DNA from: Gracilinanus agilis
Lineage: Eukaryota
Reading direction: 5' to 3'
NCBI RefSeq assembly: GCF_016433145.1
Contig: NC_058132.1
Span: 610,652,749 to 610,716,748, forward strand
DNA length: 64,000 nt
The first letter of the stretch is position 1, and each line of letters begins with the position of its first letter. Below are positions 38,386 through 51,024 of this stretch, piece after piece. The position numbers were made by a program, and so were the translations under genes. The notes under the pieces were generated by a model that saw only the letters and a list, made by a program, of their open reading frames with translations, was not told the DNA's origin and ran no database searches.

Positions 38386-39766
38386 AGTTCCCTATATTGC
38401 CTAGGTGGTTTTGCTTTTTGTTTTGTCTTCCTTTAATGCCTCTTTGTGAAAATAAGATAAAATGCTTTATCCCATTGGGTTAGAGTCCTATCCAATGCCT
38501 TGAACACATTTGGAGATAACTTGATATATGGTTTATGTGAAATCATGTATTTGTTGTTGGTGTCGAGAAATAATCAGAGATTTTGCAGGGAGGTTTACAG
38601 GAATCTAATGCCGGAAAGAGGGGAGTTTATTGATCCTTTTCTTGGTTGCCTAAGTGGTCAGTACTAGTTCTATTGACCACTTATGCTAGTTATACTACCT
38701 TATGACTGCCAATCATTCATATTTCAATCCACCCACCCCCATTTCCCACATTTAAAGCTTTCTTTTATATTTCTTGCATGTATAGCTCTATTGGCTAACT
38801 TCTAATAAATAAGTTACCATAAAAATCTTAACCCTGATACTTATAAGATAAAATTTCTCTACAGACTGGAACAAATATCTATATGTTAAAAATGGATAAA
38901 ATGTGTTTTTTTTCTTTTTGCATGAAAAGTATTTCATCTTCACAAATAGATTCTCACTAGTAGTTATTAAACCAATATTCCCAGTTCATTTCATGTAGGT
39001 ACCAACATGGAGACTGCAACCATTTGGCCCCAGGTAAAACACCTGCATTTCTTTGAAGCTTAATGCTAAATAGATTCAGGGTGCTATAGAATCTTAAGGT
39101 TTAAAAAGTATTTGGTTTGTAATACCCTGGTGAAAGAGAGTGAATGGATGATGAATGAATGAATAAAAAAGAATTTATTAAGTATTCTATATGCCAAGTA
39201 CTGTTTTTAGCACTTAGCAGAGGGGATCCACAGAAAAAATAATCCCTACTGTTGAGTTCACACTAGAGTCCAAAGTCTCCAATGCCAATATCTGGGAAAC
39301 TCCAAGGTGTGCTTCCCCTTAATATAGACTCCAGCATTTTCCCATACTTCCCCATGATTGCTTTCAGATATTTAAAGAGTTACAGCATTTTCCTATAACA
39401 TACTGACTCAATTCCCATAACAAACTGGCTCAATTCCACTAACCATTCTTGTTGGATGTGAGCATATGATGGTTTTTAGATACATTTCCATCATGATCTG
39501 AGAAGAAACCCATTTGCCAAAATGTAATACAGAATTAGAGATATTCTTTCCTGTATTTAAACACTATGCAAATTTATCTAAAGTTATATTTAATCTTTTC
39601 AGTTAATATTTCAAATTATTGGCTCATTATAACTTGTGATCAATTAAAACTCCCTTGTGTTTTTCATTTATATCATCAAAAATAGCTCATCATTCAATAT
39701 AGGTGATTTCTTTTGTAATAATAATGCATTTTATTTTATTTTATATTTTAAAACATTATTCGGGGT

Positions 39767-39975
39767 GGGGGGCAGCTGGATAGCTCAGTGGATTGAGAGC
39801 CAGGCCTAGAGATGGGAGGTCCTAGGTTCAAATATGGTCTCAGACACTTCCTAGCTATGTGACCCTGGGCAAGTCACTTGACTCCCATTGCCTACCCTTA
39901 CCGCTCTTCTGCCTTGGAGCCAATATTGTGTATTGGCTCCAAGGCAGAAGGTAAGGCTTTAAAAAAAAACAATAG
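39767..39975 (+). mobile_element. SINE1_Mdo (hairpin-tail type)
   Basis: Full head and core. Perfect 20-bp terminal inverted repeat 39906-39925/39931-39950. TSD cattattcggggt (39754-39766) / cattattctgggt (39976-39988). Confidence 0.95.
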
Positions 39976-39993
39976 CATTATTCTGGGTCCGTG

Positions 39994-39994
<1 letters not shown>

Positions 39995-40030
<36 letters not shown>
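39995..40030 (+). repeat. (CA)n microsatellite
   Basis: Direct reading. Confidence 0.95.
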
Positions 40031-40034
<4 letters not shown>

Positions 40035-42410
40035 AACTCTCTGTGTATGTGCACATACTCCCTAGTTTAGGATAACATTCTTAGTGAACTAAAGGCTCTT
40101 TATTATCAGATCTTTTCCTAAATGGTCATAATGATCAAATGATTTCTATTCAAAATATTGCCAAGGATTGCCATCAAGTTGATCAGTTCATAATCTCTAA
40201 TGTCCCCTGCCATTTTCCCACTTTGAGAAGTCTTCACTTTTGTCCTTTCTAGTAGTTCTCAAAAAGATTCCATATAGTGATTGAGATTGCATAATTGAAT
40301 TCCTTCATGATTTGAAAATCATGAGTCAAAATTCCAGGGGAAAATATCTTCCTAACCCACTCATGAGTAACAAAAAATTCCAAAAGAATGTTCCTTATCA
40401 AGGTCCACCACCATATAGAAGTTCCTGAGACCCATTTTGACCTAGGATCCACCTACAAATTATATGTTCTTAGAATAATTGACAGATGCATGCTGCTTCT
40501 TCATAAATCACTACTTACTAAAATGTTTTTACAAGTTTAATTGCAATTTTATTGCCATGTTAAAACTGTAATAGTACAGGTATTGTAGTACTGAATTTCC
40601 TCATACACAATTTGCCCTTAAATTTGATTTTTAAAATCAATCAGAATTTCAATGAGAGTAAATTTATCATGAAATATTATAAAGTTGGCTTTGGGAGTTT
40701 TTGTTTTACTTTTCTGTGCTCAGAAAGAAAAATAACCTGCAAAGGTTCTTGGGAAGAAATTATTTCTCAAAAAAAATTCAGAATGACTTCATTTAATAAT
40801 CTTACTTATCTAGTCTGTATTTTGCCAGTATATGTGCTAGTCATAATTTTATATTTGTCTTTTTTTAAAAGCAGTAAGAATAGTTTTTCTAAGTACTAAT
40901 TCACATGATGTCCTCTGACTCCTATGAACTATGAAAAGAACTTTAAAAAAAAACTTTGGGTTTTCTGGGATGTTTTCAGATCTAATATATGGCTTTTATA
41001 TCAGAGAGTACATTTTTTAAAAAGCAAAAAAGAGGAAAGAAAGAAAAAATGTAACCAGCTCAAAGCTTAAAGGCTATAGATTTAATAGGAGCACCAAATA
41101 CTTCAGAGTTTCACACTCCAAGGTAGAGGGGCTTTTAAAGTTTGAACTTAATGCCTCTGGAAATTGGCAAGGTAGCACACTGATATCTTTGAGGAACCTT
41201 TCACCGTCTGAGTGATGACTACTTAGAAATGCAGCAAGAGGCCAGAACAGGCAGGGGAGAGAAGTCAGGGCATGAGAACAATGAAGGAGTCAATAGAATT
41301 CTGAAAGTAGAGAGACAGGACCATGAGAGAAAATAAGGATTCCAAATAAAGTCAAAGGGTTAAAGAGAACAGGATTTTGTGCCTGAGTCAGAGATGAAGA
41401 GGTGTGAGATAGAGAGAGGTGCTCTGAAAGAGAAATAGTTGTAGGATATTGATGAAAGCAAGCAAGAGAAAAGGAAAGTTCAAAATAAAGAAAGCAAGGG
41501 GCCAAATGAAGCAAATAAAGTTAATAATAAATAATAATAATAATAATAAAATCAAAATAAGGCTGATATTAGAAGACACCAAAAACAAAAGTGAACACCT
41601 TTCAGAATGTATCTGCTCAGTTATCTGGAGATCATTGTATAAATTGTGACATTCTAGGAAATTATTCCTTTATAAAAACTCCAGTTTACCAATGAGCACT
41701 TTGAATTTGCCCTTTCTTCAACATATTTATCAAGATTCCAAGTCTGACCTTCTGGATGTCCATCTCTATCTTTCATATATCCATGTCCTAGGAAAGATTC
41801 AAGCTTGTGTTTATGTTTCTCTCAGTTGACCAGAAGGGAAGCTACCACCTAAACAATCTCTTTCAGAGTAAAGCACTCAGAAGTCCCAAGAGAAAAGCTC
41901 AAAAGTCATAGTAAACCTCAAAGTAGTTCAAAGTTCTTTGAATTCCTTGAGGCACATTTGCAGAGCTAACGCATCATTACAGCCTGCCTCTACATACAGT
42001 ACTGGTTCCAGCTAAGTTCTCTTAATTTGCAGGGTATCATTTGTGGTAATGAAATTCCTCAGCTTGCTCTTAGTTAATGCTCATGATGCTATGATACGCA
42101 GAAGGAAAGTATAATAGACAGTGGAAAGAAAGCTGGAGTTAACTAAGGTGCTATGAGTATAATAGGATTTTTTCTCCTCCCTTCTCCCTTTGATCCCTTC
42201 ACCCAGAGACCAAAGAATATGAACAGGAATAACAGACCATTTTACAAAATCATATGTTTTGAGCCAGAATGGATATTTGTAGAACTTTAGTTCTCTCTCT
42301 CATTTTGCAAATGTGGAAACTGAATCACAGAGAGACAAAGTAAATAATCTCAAAAGATACAGATAGTGAAGGACAGAGTCTGCATTTGAACACAGGTCCT
42401 CCGACTAAAT

Positions 42411-42652
42411 GCAACAGTAGAGTGCCAGAGCTGGAATCAAGAAAGACTCTTCTTTCTGAGTTCAAATCCAGCTTCAAACACTTAACTGTGTGACACTGGG
42501 CAAATCATTTAACCCTGTTTGCCTCAGTTTTCTCATATGTAAAATGAGCTGAAGAATGAAAAAGCAACTCACTCCAATATTTTTGTCAAGAAAACTCCAA
42601 ATGGGGTCATAAAGAGTAAGACCCAACTGAAAAACTGACTGAACAACGACTT
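42411..42652 (+). mobile_element. MAR1-type SINE
   Basis: gagttcaaatccagc...tttaaccctgtttgcctcagttt...caagaaaactccaaatggggtca...ctgaaaaactgactgaacaac. Confidence 0.88.
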
Positions 42653-43089
42653 CTGACCCCAAATACAGTGCTGGAATACTCTAAATCCAGATCCAGATAG
42701 TTGTCACCATGGTTCCATCCCTTAATAACTCAGTGTTCATAGTAACATAAATATAGTATTGGTAGTGTTGTATGGTTTTGAATAATTCCTTAACAAGTGA
42801 ATTTTAAACAAACACTAAAATGATAGATTTTACCAACAGAATCCATTTAGCCCTGCTGATCTTTCTTATAAAATTCTGCAGCTCAAAGATTCACTTAAAG
42901 GCTATTTGAAGATTGAAAAGGCCACAGCTGAAGGTTCAAAGGTCCCATTCAGATTTAACCCCTTGCCCAATCCACCACAACACAGAACTGAATGTCCTTT
43001 AGTGACTCTGTACTAAGGAAAATCTTGTGCATAGTCAGGGAACAAACCAAAAATCCAGTCTAAGGAAGATGAAAGGGATAAATTACAAT

Positions 43090-43850
43090 TACAATTAGAT
43101 TCAAAAAATTGGCCTCAAAAATACAAAATGGGAGAGATATGATTAGAAAGCAGTTTGGCTGAAAAAGATCCAAGGGTTTTAATGGACTGAGAGCTCAATG
43201 GGAGTCAACAGTGTGGTGTGGAAGTAAAGAAGGCTAACAAGATTATGACTGCATTGAGTGATATAGCTTCTAGAAATATAGAGGTGACCTTTCTGGTGTA
43301 CTCTGTCCTGGTTAAATCACATTTGGACCATTATATTCAATTCTAGGTAGCAGACTTAAGCATGAATATTGATGAACAGATTATCCAAAAGAAAGCAACT
43401 GGTACGAATAGCCTTGAATACCCTTGAGTACAGGCCACAGAAGGACTGGTTGAAGGAACTTTTGATGTTTAGTCTGAAGAAAAGACTCAAGGGAATACAA
43501 GTTTCTTTAAATATTTGGAAGACTATCATAAAGAAAAAAAAATTTGATTTGTTCTATTTGGAAAGAGGAAAACAATGGTATGAGAGTATGAAAGAGGCAA
43601 AGTTGACTAGAAGTAACTTCCTCTTAAGTAGAGCTGTCTAGAAGTGGAATATACTGTCTTGGGAGGTAGTGGGTTCCCCTTTATTGGAGATTTTCAAGCA
43701 GGAGCCTGAGTAACAACCCTTTGTCATGTTATACTAGGCATCCCCAAAACCTTGGGGCACAAAGACAATAGGGGCACCCTACACATGAAAGGAGTTTGTT
43801 CTTCTTGGACTAAATGGACATTAAAGTCTCTTCAAACCTAAAATTCTGTA
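43090..43850 (+). mobile_element. L3/CR1 LINE 3' region
   Basis: Long CR1-like stretch: ctgaaaaagatccaagggttttaatggac, gagtcaacagtgtggtgtgg, tttagtctgaagaaaagactcaaggg, gggaggtagtgggttcccc. Confidence 0.85.
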
Positions 43851-45182
43851 ATTCAGTGATTCTGGCATATCTTTTCCCTTTTATTGTAGGCAAAAGGATA
43901 GATCAAGCTGTTATTCTATTGCAAAGGATCAGGGTAGAACTAGAGATGAGCTTATTTTTTAATAAAAGGAAAGAGGGAAACCTTTGTGAATTATTGAGAC
44001 TGATGTATAAGGGTTAGTATTTCTACTTATGCCAGTCATTGCTAGTAAGGCAGAACACTCTTGGATTCCTCCTTTTATTTTCTTATTTGAAGTTTGTTTT
44101 TTTTGTGGTGGGCGATGATCTAGAGTCCTTAAGTCTGTATGTTGTTTGTAATTTATACATTAGAGGTACATCAGAAAAAACCAAAGCCATCAGAGATATA
44201 AAGTAGTCTCCTCTGAGGCATGTGGATAAAAATCAACACACATCATAGGGCTTACCAGTACTATTCAATAAACATATTGATCAAATAGAGGGAAGAAGCT
44301 ATATTTTCTCCCACTGATTCTGTGGCTAATCCTCCCTGTTTGCTGTAATACTGTTTTTTCTTCATGTTTTTAATAAAAGAAAGCCCACAAATAAAATGTA
44401 GGCTATGACACTCCAAGCAGAAATCAAAGTTGCAATGAATAAAGGAAGATAATTAGATGGAAGGATTCCACCCTTCCCTTTGCAACCCACCCAGCCATCT
44501 CTGACATAAGGAGAGCCTATATTATCTAAATTGTTTGAGCCACAGGTAAATGAGAGGTGATGGGGATCACTTACAGACAGCAGCCCCTGAGACAAAGAAA
44601 CAGGGTTTTAATTAATGCAGTTAAGAGTGGGAATGAATTTCCTGCAGAATAAATGGCCTGATTTGAAAGCTGCTTCTTAAAGGTGAACTAAAAAGCACTG
44701 ACATCACCAAGGGCTGTAGTCAGAATTCTTTTTGGCTGTTGTAGTAACCAAATAATAGTGCCAAGACATGCAGCTGAAAAAAGAAAGACCCAATTTGGTC
44801 ACTGCTTTACATGTAACTGGTTCTGGAAGTTCCTAGGAGGAAACCCCCAAACTGAAGTCACTGCTTAGCTGGTAAGTAAAACGAATAATGGTTCCCAGCT
44901 AATTTTTTTCATTTCAATTCATAACTTCTCAAATCTAATATGATATATTCCATACTCCTTGGCTCTTAAACAGTGACTTTTTTAATCAATAGATTTTTGT
45001 GTCTTCATGAAGGTGAGATGAAAGAAATTCACTAAATCTTTAAAGAAGCTATAGTAAGATATTCAAATTAAAAATTCAGGCTCCTCTAAAATTCACATAG
45101 GGAAAAAAGGTCCTTTAATATGTAGCAACCTGAAAAAAATTTGTGTGGAGGGCAGCTCTGATTGCTTAATAAAACTCTCTTG

Positions 45183-45361
45183 AAGGGCAGCTGGGTAGCT
45201 CAGTTGATTGAGAGTCAGGCCTAGAGACGGGAGGTCCTAGGTTCAAAGCCAGCCTCAGACACTTCCCAGCTGTGTGACCCTGGGCAAGTCACTTGACCCT
45301 CATTGCCCACCCTTACCACTCTTCCACCTAGGAGCCAATACACAGAAGTTAAGGGTTTAAA
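45183..45361 (+). mobile_element. SINE1_Mdo-type SINE (short-tail variant)
   Basis: Very similar to 1248-1433. TSD aaaactctcttg (45171-45182) / aaaactgtcttg (45362-45373). Confidence 0.95.
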
Positions 45362-45459
45362 AAAACTGTCTTGTTTCTTGGTAATCCACTCTCTCTAGAT
45401 ATAAAATGAGGACAACCCTCCTTATATAATAAGACTCACCTTGTACAGGCTGTGACATA

Positions 45460-45745
45460 CACCTGGAATGCCTGTTAATATCCCTAGTTTCCTTCAAAGT
45501 CCAGTTCATGTGTCACCTCCTAGGGGAAACTTTGGCTATTTTTAGTTTCTTGTGGTTCTCTTCCTTCTCCTGAATCTATCAAATATTTACTTATTTGTTG
45601 ACATGTTGCATCTCCATCAGATGATCAGAATGTAAGCTCCTCAAGAGCAGGGACAAGAATGAATTTTGTCTTCAGATCCCAAGAGCCTAGCACAGTGCCT
45701 TTCACAGACTGGGTGCTTAATAAATGCTTGTTAGTTTGGTTTGGG
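45460..45745 (+). mobile_element. L2 3' end
   Basis: gaatgtaagctcctcaagagcagggac...cctagcacagtgcct...gtgcttaataaatgcttg. Confidence 0.8.
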
Positions 45746-46303
45746 TTGAAGTTACAGTATCATTTCCCTACCCAATTGACACAGCCTACTCACTTATTAG
45801 AACAGGTAGGTAGTGAGAATAAGGCAAGCAACTCTTCTACTAGTGTAATCCAGACAAGGCACCCTGATAGCCTTTTTGTAAAAGAAGGAAATTGAGCATA
45901 AAAATAGGCAAAAGCAAAGATCCAACTCTATAGGGACTTTAGAGGCCATCTAGTCCAATTCCCTGATTTTTACAGATGAGACGAGGTCAAGAAATGATAA
46001 GTGGATCGCTTAGGGTCACATGGGTAATAGGATTTGAAAACAGGTCTCTCCAGTCTGCATCTCCCACTCTCCCCATTACACCATGCTGCCTCTGAGAAGC
46101 CACAGGCTGAGATTTGTCCAGCAAAGGACAATCCAATCACACTGACTTGAGACCATTGTTACCTACTGGAATACTTTACTCCAGGTGTTGTGCTTGATTT
46201 CAGGGGGGTTTATGGTGGTGGAAAGGGTGAAATGAATGAATGCAGTAAAGTCAATACAAACAACGATGCTTTATTTTTTGACAACATGTGAATATGCAAA
46301 TGT

Positions 46304-46499
46304 NNNNNNNNNNNNNNNNNNNNNNNNNNNNNNNNNNNNNNNNNNNNNNNNNNNNNNNNNNNNNNNNNNNNNNNNNNNNNNNNNNNNNNNNNNNNNNNNN
46401 NNNNNNNNNNNNNNNNNNNNNNNNNNNNNNNNNNNNNNNNNNNNNNNNNNNNNNNNNNNNNNNNNNNNNNNNNNNNNNNNNNNNNNNNNNNNNNNNNNN
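46304..46499. other. Assembly gap (196 N)
   Basis: Direct count. Confidence 1.
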
Positions 46500-46764
46500 T
46501 TTACAGAGGGGTCAGAGCAAAGCACTGTCGATACCTTCCCCACATGAACGCTTATCCAAACTAGAGCCTCAATCTCCATTGACTGCTTTTTGATGGAGGT
46601 ATGGCTAGTTCATCTTTGCATCCCACTCAAAAATCAAAATCAGAAAACAGTGAAATGCCTCTTTCCACCAACAAGAGCAAAGAAGAGGTGATACCTTTCC
46701 ATGTTGTGATCTCATATTTCATGCTGTTTGTGGGGATCTGGGTAGGGCTTGCTGACATCCTCCT

Positions 46765-46962
46765 ATAACCAACTTCTGAGACAGGAAGATCTGATTCAAG
46801 TCCTCCCTCTGATCCACAATGGTTATGTGACTGTGGGCAAGTTACTTCTTCAGTGCTCTTGGCTAAGCAATTCTCCAAGATGCTAAGTTCCTGATCTCTG
46901 TGGCTAGAGGACATTCTCTCACCAAGAAGTTCCCTAAGCCAGTGAGATCCCAGGTCCAGTCC
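46765..46962 (+). mobile_element. MamSINE1/WALLSI4-like SINE
   Basis: gattcaagtcctccctctga...gtgactgtgggcaagttactt...aagttccctaagccagtgagatcccaggtccagtcc. Family name tentative. Confidence 0.6.
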
Positions 46963-48589
46963 ATGTGAGCTTAGTGGTTGCATTTCTGTTTCTTTGATGG
47001 ATGCCATGAGGCAAGGCTATTCGTGTTATTTCAGAGTGATCCATAATATAAAACAGGACAAGGCATGGAGTAAAGGTTAAGGTACTTTGTTTCAGACATT
47101 TGAAAAGGCATTAGGTCAAAAGTTAAGTCTTGAGAGAAATATTAAAATCACTTCTGCTAAAGGGCATTCATAATTAAGGGAGAGTAGAAAGTATTTCATT
47201 TTATTAATGTCTTTATTTGAGTAAAGGGGAACCCCTCTCTGACAACTACAGAATGGAATACGGCATATAAATTTGGACCTCATTCAGAGGAGTTAGCTAT
47301 TAAAGCACCACCCCCACCCTTCAACACCTTAACATAAAGCAAGGTCACCTGTAAGGTAGTCCCATAGAATGGACCTAGGTCAGCATTACAATAATATATG
47401 CAAATTTTAATCTAACATTGTAATTGGAATTTTAATAGCTGGGGCAAATATATTTGAGGGGAAAAGGGGCCAGATGGAGGGAGAGACCTTACATGCTAAG
47501 AACCCATGGGAAAAGAGAGACCTTGGCTCACCTCTGATGAGGAGATAGATATGCCATGTGTACTATTGCAGGAGAAGCTACTGGCTGCAGAGGGAACAGA
47601 GTAGAACTTGGTTTGGGAAGATTTACCAGTCATGCAGAAAGATCTGAGGATCCCAGTTACATCTTTACCTCCATGTCATTTTTGGTGACTTTCATGAAAA
47701 CCATAATGATAGAAAAAAATGGTAGTGGGAGAAAAATCCCATGGTGATATCCCCCAGGTGATATACCCCAGTTCTAGCAAAGAAATGGGCAATCATCCCA
47801 TGGGATTGATGACCCAAAAGCACATTTCTTCCACACATTATGTATTAGTAACTTAGGACAGTGTCAGTCACTCCACCTCAGTGATATCCATGCATGAATC
47901 ATTCATCATTTCCCATTAGTGGCCTTTACATACAATGCAGAAATCTGTCTTCATCTAACTCCTTTGTTACCAAAAAATAAAATAAAAAATACTGTAAATC
48001 TCCATTTTTAAGATATTCTTTCCTGTTATACTAATAGCTCCCTGAGAAAGTTTTTTTTTCCTTTTTTAACATAATAAAATCACCATAACATTACATTTTT
48101 GATGGCCAGAGTCCAGTATAAGGATGTTCACCTTTCCCAAGTTAACATTTTTGTTTTGATTTTCAATACTTGCATGTTTTCTGTTACAACCAGGTTATTA
48201 TGATAGTTTGATGAGCAATCTTCTTTTGTAAAACCATAATCAGTCAAAGAGGACTAAAGCTATTTAATTAGGGCTAAAACAAAAAGAGCTATGGCAGGTC
48301 CTTACAATTATTTTTGTGACCTATTATCTTCCCAGACCACTTAGGAAGGCATTTTTATCCAGAGGAAACTTGCTTGTTTCAATAGTGTTCTTTCTCTATT
48401 GGCAAGGCCATCAAATCAAGATAAAGTAGTTGGTTGAACCGAATAATGAATTACTCACCTGAATTTTCTTCTTTCACTAATTCAATTCACCTACAATGTG
48501 ATAGAGACTTTCTCTCTATGAGTTATCCAGGGAAATAAATTTATATCGGTTTATAGTTTTAATCCACACAGTATATGCTAAAATATCTA

Positions 48590-48830
48590 ATTTGAGACTA
48601 TATTTTAAAAGGAATGTGAAACAATTGGAAAGGGTCCAGAAGAGAACAAGCCATATTATTTCAGGATTGAAAAATGAGACCTATGAGGACTGGCTAGAGG
48701 AGTTAGAATAATTTTGTCTGAAGAAGTAAAGACTCAAGAGAGGTTTTACTGTCTTTAAGCATACGAAGGGTTACTCTAAGAAGAATGGGGACCCGTTATT
48801 TTCATTACCTCTGAGGATAGAAGAAGCAAA
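48590..48830 (+). mobile_element. L3/CR1 fragment
   Basis: ttggaaagggtccagaagagaac...cctatgaggactggctagaggag...tgtctgaagaagtaaagactcaagagagg. Confidence 0.75.
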
Positions 48831-49599
48831 TAATCAGCCACATAGGCCATCCTTTAAAAATAAGATTGATAACTATCTAACTGAAAGACAACCTTTCCTG
48901 AAAGCAGCTATGTGAGCAGGCCCCTAAAGAGCTTATCTTCCCCTAGGATTCTCACAGCTAAGTTTGCCTCATTTTCAAGGAAAACACACCTATCCTTCAG
49001 GGTCACAATATGAATCCATAAAGAATAAACATACCCAGGAAAAAGAATGGGGCACCTGAGGCCCTTGCTAGAACATAATGCATTACTGCATAGATGTACA
49101 TGCAATGAAATCATGCAAAAATATTTCTCCAGGCAGAAAAGGCTCAGGACTGTTAAAAGAATTAGGTCTGTTCCTCTGCAATTACAAAAGGGTCACACTG
49201 CATTCCAAATCACTTGAATTGTTCCATTTGATAGTACTACTTGTCAGAGTAGATACTTCAAGTTCAATTAAATCAACTTAGTAGAATTTTTTTCTATTGC
49301 AAGGTTAGAACTGGGTTTTATTCTTAATTTAATTAGGCAGTTCTTATCCTTGACAAACTCCACCTGAATATCAATGGTGGACTAAGCAATATCTCAAATT
49401 AGTGGTTCCTAAAAGTTTTTGGTCAACAAATCACTTGGATAGGGCAGAGAGAATGTGCACACCATTTGCCATATCTATTTCTTCTTGCTACTAAAGAAAA
49501 AGAAAACTTCATTTCCTTTTGCCATGATACCAGAAAGGTAAATAATGTCTGGCTTTTCTTAGATATCAGAAATAAATTATTTAGTTATACTAATTTTAT

Positions 49600-49783
49600 T
49601 TTAATTTTAAACCCTTAACTTCTGTGTATTGACTTATAAGTGGAAGAGTGGTAAGGGTAGGCAATGGGGGTCAAGTGACTTGTCCAGGGTCACACAGCTG
49701 GGAAGCGTCTGAGGCCGGATTTGAACCTAGGACCTCCAGTCTCTAGGCCTGGCTCTCAATCCACTGAGCTACCCAGCTGCCCC
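49600..49783 (-). mobile_element. SINE1_Mdo-type SINE (short-tail variant)
   Basis: Reverse complement of the 1248 and 45183 type (…ccactgagctacccagctgcccc). Confidence 0.93.
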
Positions 49784-49884
49784 GATACCAGTTTTTTTAA
49801 GGATAAAATTATCATGTTATAAACAAGAGATCATCTCAGGAGTATTCTCATATGCCACCAATGGACTCTAGGGCAAACTTTCAA

Positions 49885-50058
49885 TCTTTTCTTTTTTTAA
49901 AACCATTATTTTCTGGCTTAGAATTAATACTAAGTATTTGTTCCAAGGCTATGAAATTTGGATCAAGTGACTATAGTGTCACACAGGAAGTATCTGAGAT
50001 CGGAATTGAACCCAGATCTTCCTGACTTTCCATCCAGTGAACCACCTAGCTTCTCTCA
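49885..50058 (-). mobile_element. Older SINE1-like SINE
   Basis: Reverse tail (aaccattattttctggcttagaattaatactaagtatttgttccaagg) and B-box (aattgaacccagatcttcc). Confidence 0.65.
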
Positions 50059-50208
50059 CCCTTTTATTCTTAATTGGATGGATGAAAAAAACAGGACAAC
50101 AAAAAAAAGTTAGAGAAAATGCTTCAGAAGAGGGGGTGAATTGCAAAAAAAGAAAAACCAAAGGAAAGATGATCTCAATGAAAATCCCCATTTTAAGAGT
50201 TCTACCAT

Positions 50209-50490
50209 GTCAACATAATGGTGCATGCTTATAATCCCAGCTACCAGGGTGGCAGAGGCTAATGAATCTCTTAAACTCAAGAATTCTGTATTATATTAGC
50301 TTCTGCTAATTGGGTGTCTGCACCAAGTTCAGCATTAATATGGTGAGCCTATGGGACACTAGGATGCTGAGGAGGGGCCAACTAACTTAGGTCAAAACCA
50401 AAGCAGGTCAAAGATCCTGTGCCAACCATAAGTGGCCCTGGCAATTTCAGCCTGAGTCAGATGGGAAGACCCTGTCAGAAAAAAGGAAAG
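50209..50490 (+). pseudogene. Degenerate full-length 7SL (SRP RNA) retrocopy, P7SL-type
   Basis: Collinear with 7SL through the Alu-left domain (atcccagctacc), S domain (gggtgtctgcaccaagttcagcattaatatggtga; aaagcaggtcaaa) and Alu-right domain (cagcctgagtcagatgggaagaccctgtc). A-rich tail; partial TSD (aagagttctaccat / aaggagttccat). Confidence 0.88.
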
Positions 50491-50890
50491 GAGTTCCATC
50501 TTTTAACTTAAAGCAAAAAAATAGATTTAAGTTGGGAAACAACTCAATGATGTTTGCTATATTTCCTATAAACTTTATAGTTTATCCGTTTGCATAACTG
50601 TTGATAATCTTTGTGGGCAAATAATTTCCCTTTACCTCTATATGGTCTCTATATGACTGATTTTCCTGCCTTCCTCAATTATAGCTTGCTGAGGGCAAAG
50701 AGCAATGCAGATATGAAGTAAATGCACAAATCTTTCCTTTCCATCATGATAAACTTCATCATAACATGCCTTGGCTCAATCTCTTTTCTCTGGAGCAATT
50801 TAAGAGCAAACTCAATAAGAATGACCCAAGCCTGATTCAGAATTGTCTAAGAAAAAGTGGATCATCTATGCTTTTAAAAGCTTCAGACTT

Positions 50891-51024
50891 GGGGCAGCTA
50901 TAGCATAGTGGATAGAAAGTCAATCCTAGAATTGGGAAAGCCTGGGTTCAAATCTGTCCTCTGACACTTCCTAGCTATGTGACTCTGGGCTCTTACCACT
51001 CTTCTGTCTTAGAATTGGTAAAAT
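50891..51024 (+). mobile_element. Internally deleted SINE1-like SINE
   Basis: Head and B-box present, central core missing. TSD aaaagcttcagactt (50876-50890) / aaaagcttctgactt (51025-51039). Confidence 0.85.

Larger units (their letters stand above)
39700..40050 (+). mobile_element. hAT-Charlie-type MITE remnant interrupted by a SINE1
   Basis: Flanks read ...ttttaaaacattattc | tgggtccgtgaca(ca)n aaaag, resembling the more intact element at 58899-59092. Confidence 0.55.

Noticed and set aside
47743-47770. 14-bp tandem duplication ggtgatat(c/a)cccca
   Set aside because: Typical small slippage duplication with no further structure.
48451-48461. Consensus minus-strand donor CAG|GTGAGT suggesting an antisense lncRNA exon
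   Set aside because: About one such 9-mer is expected by chance across both strands; no matching acceptor or other support.
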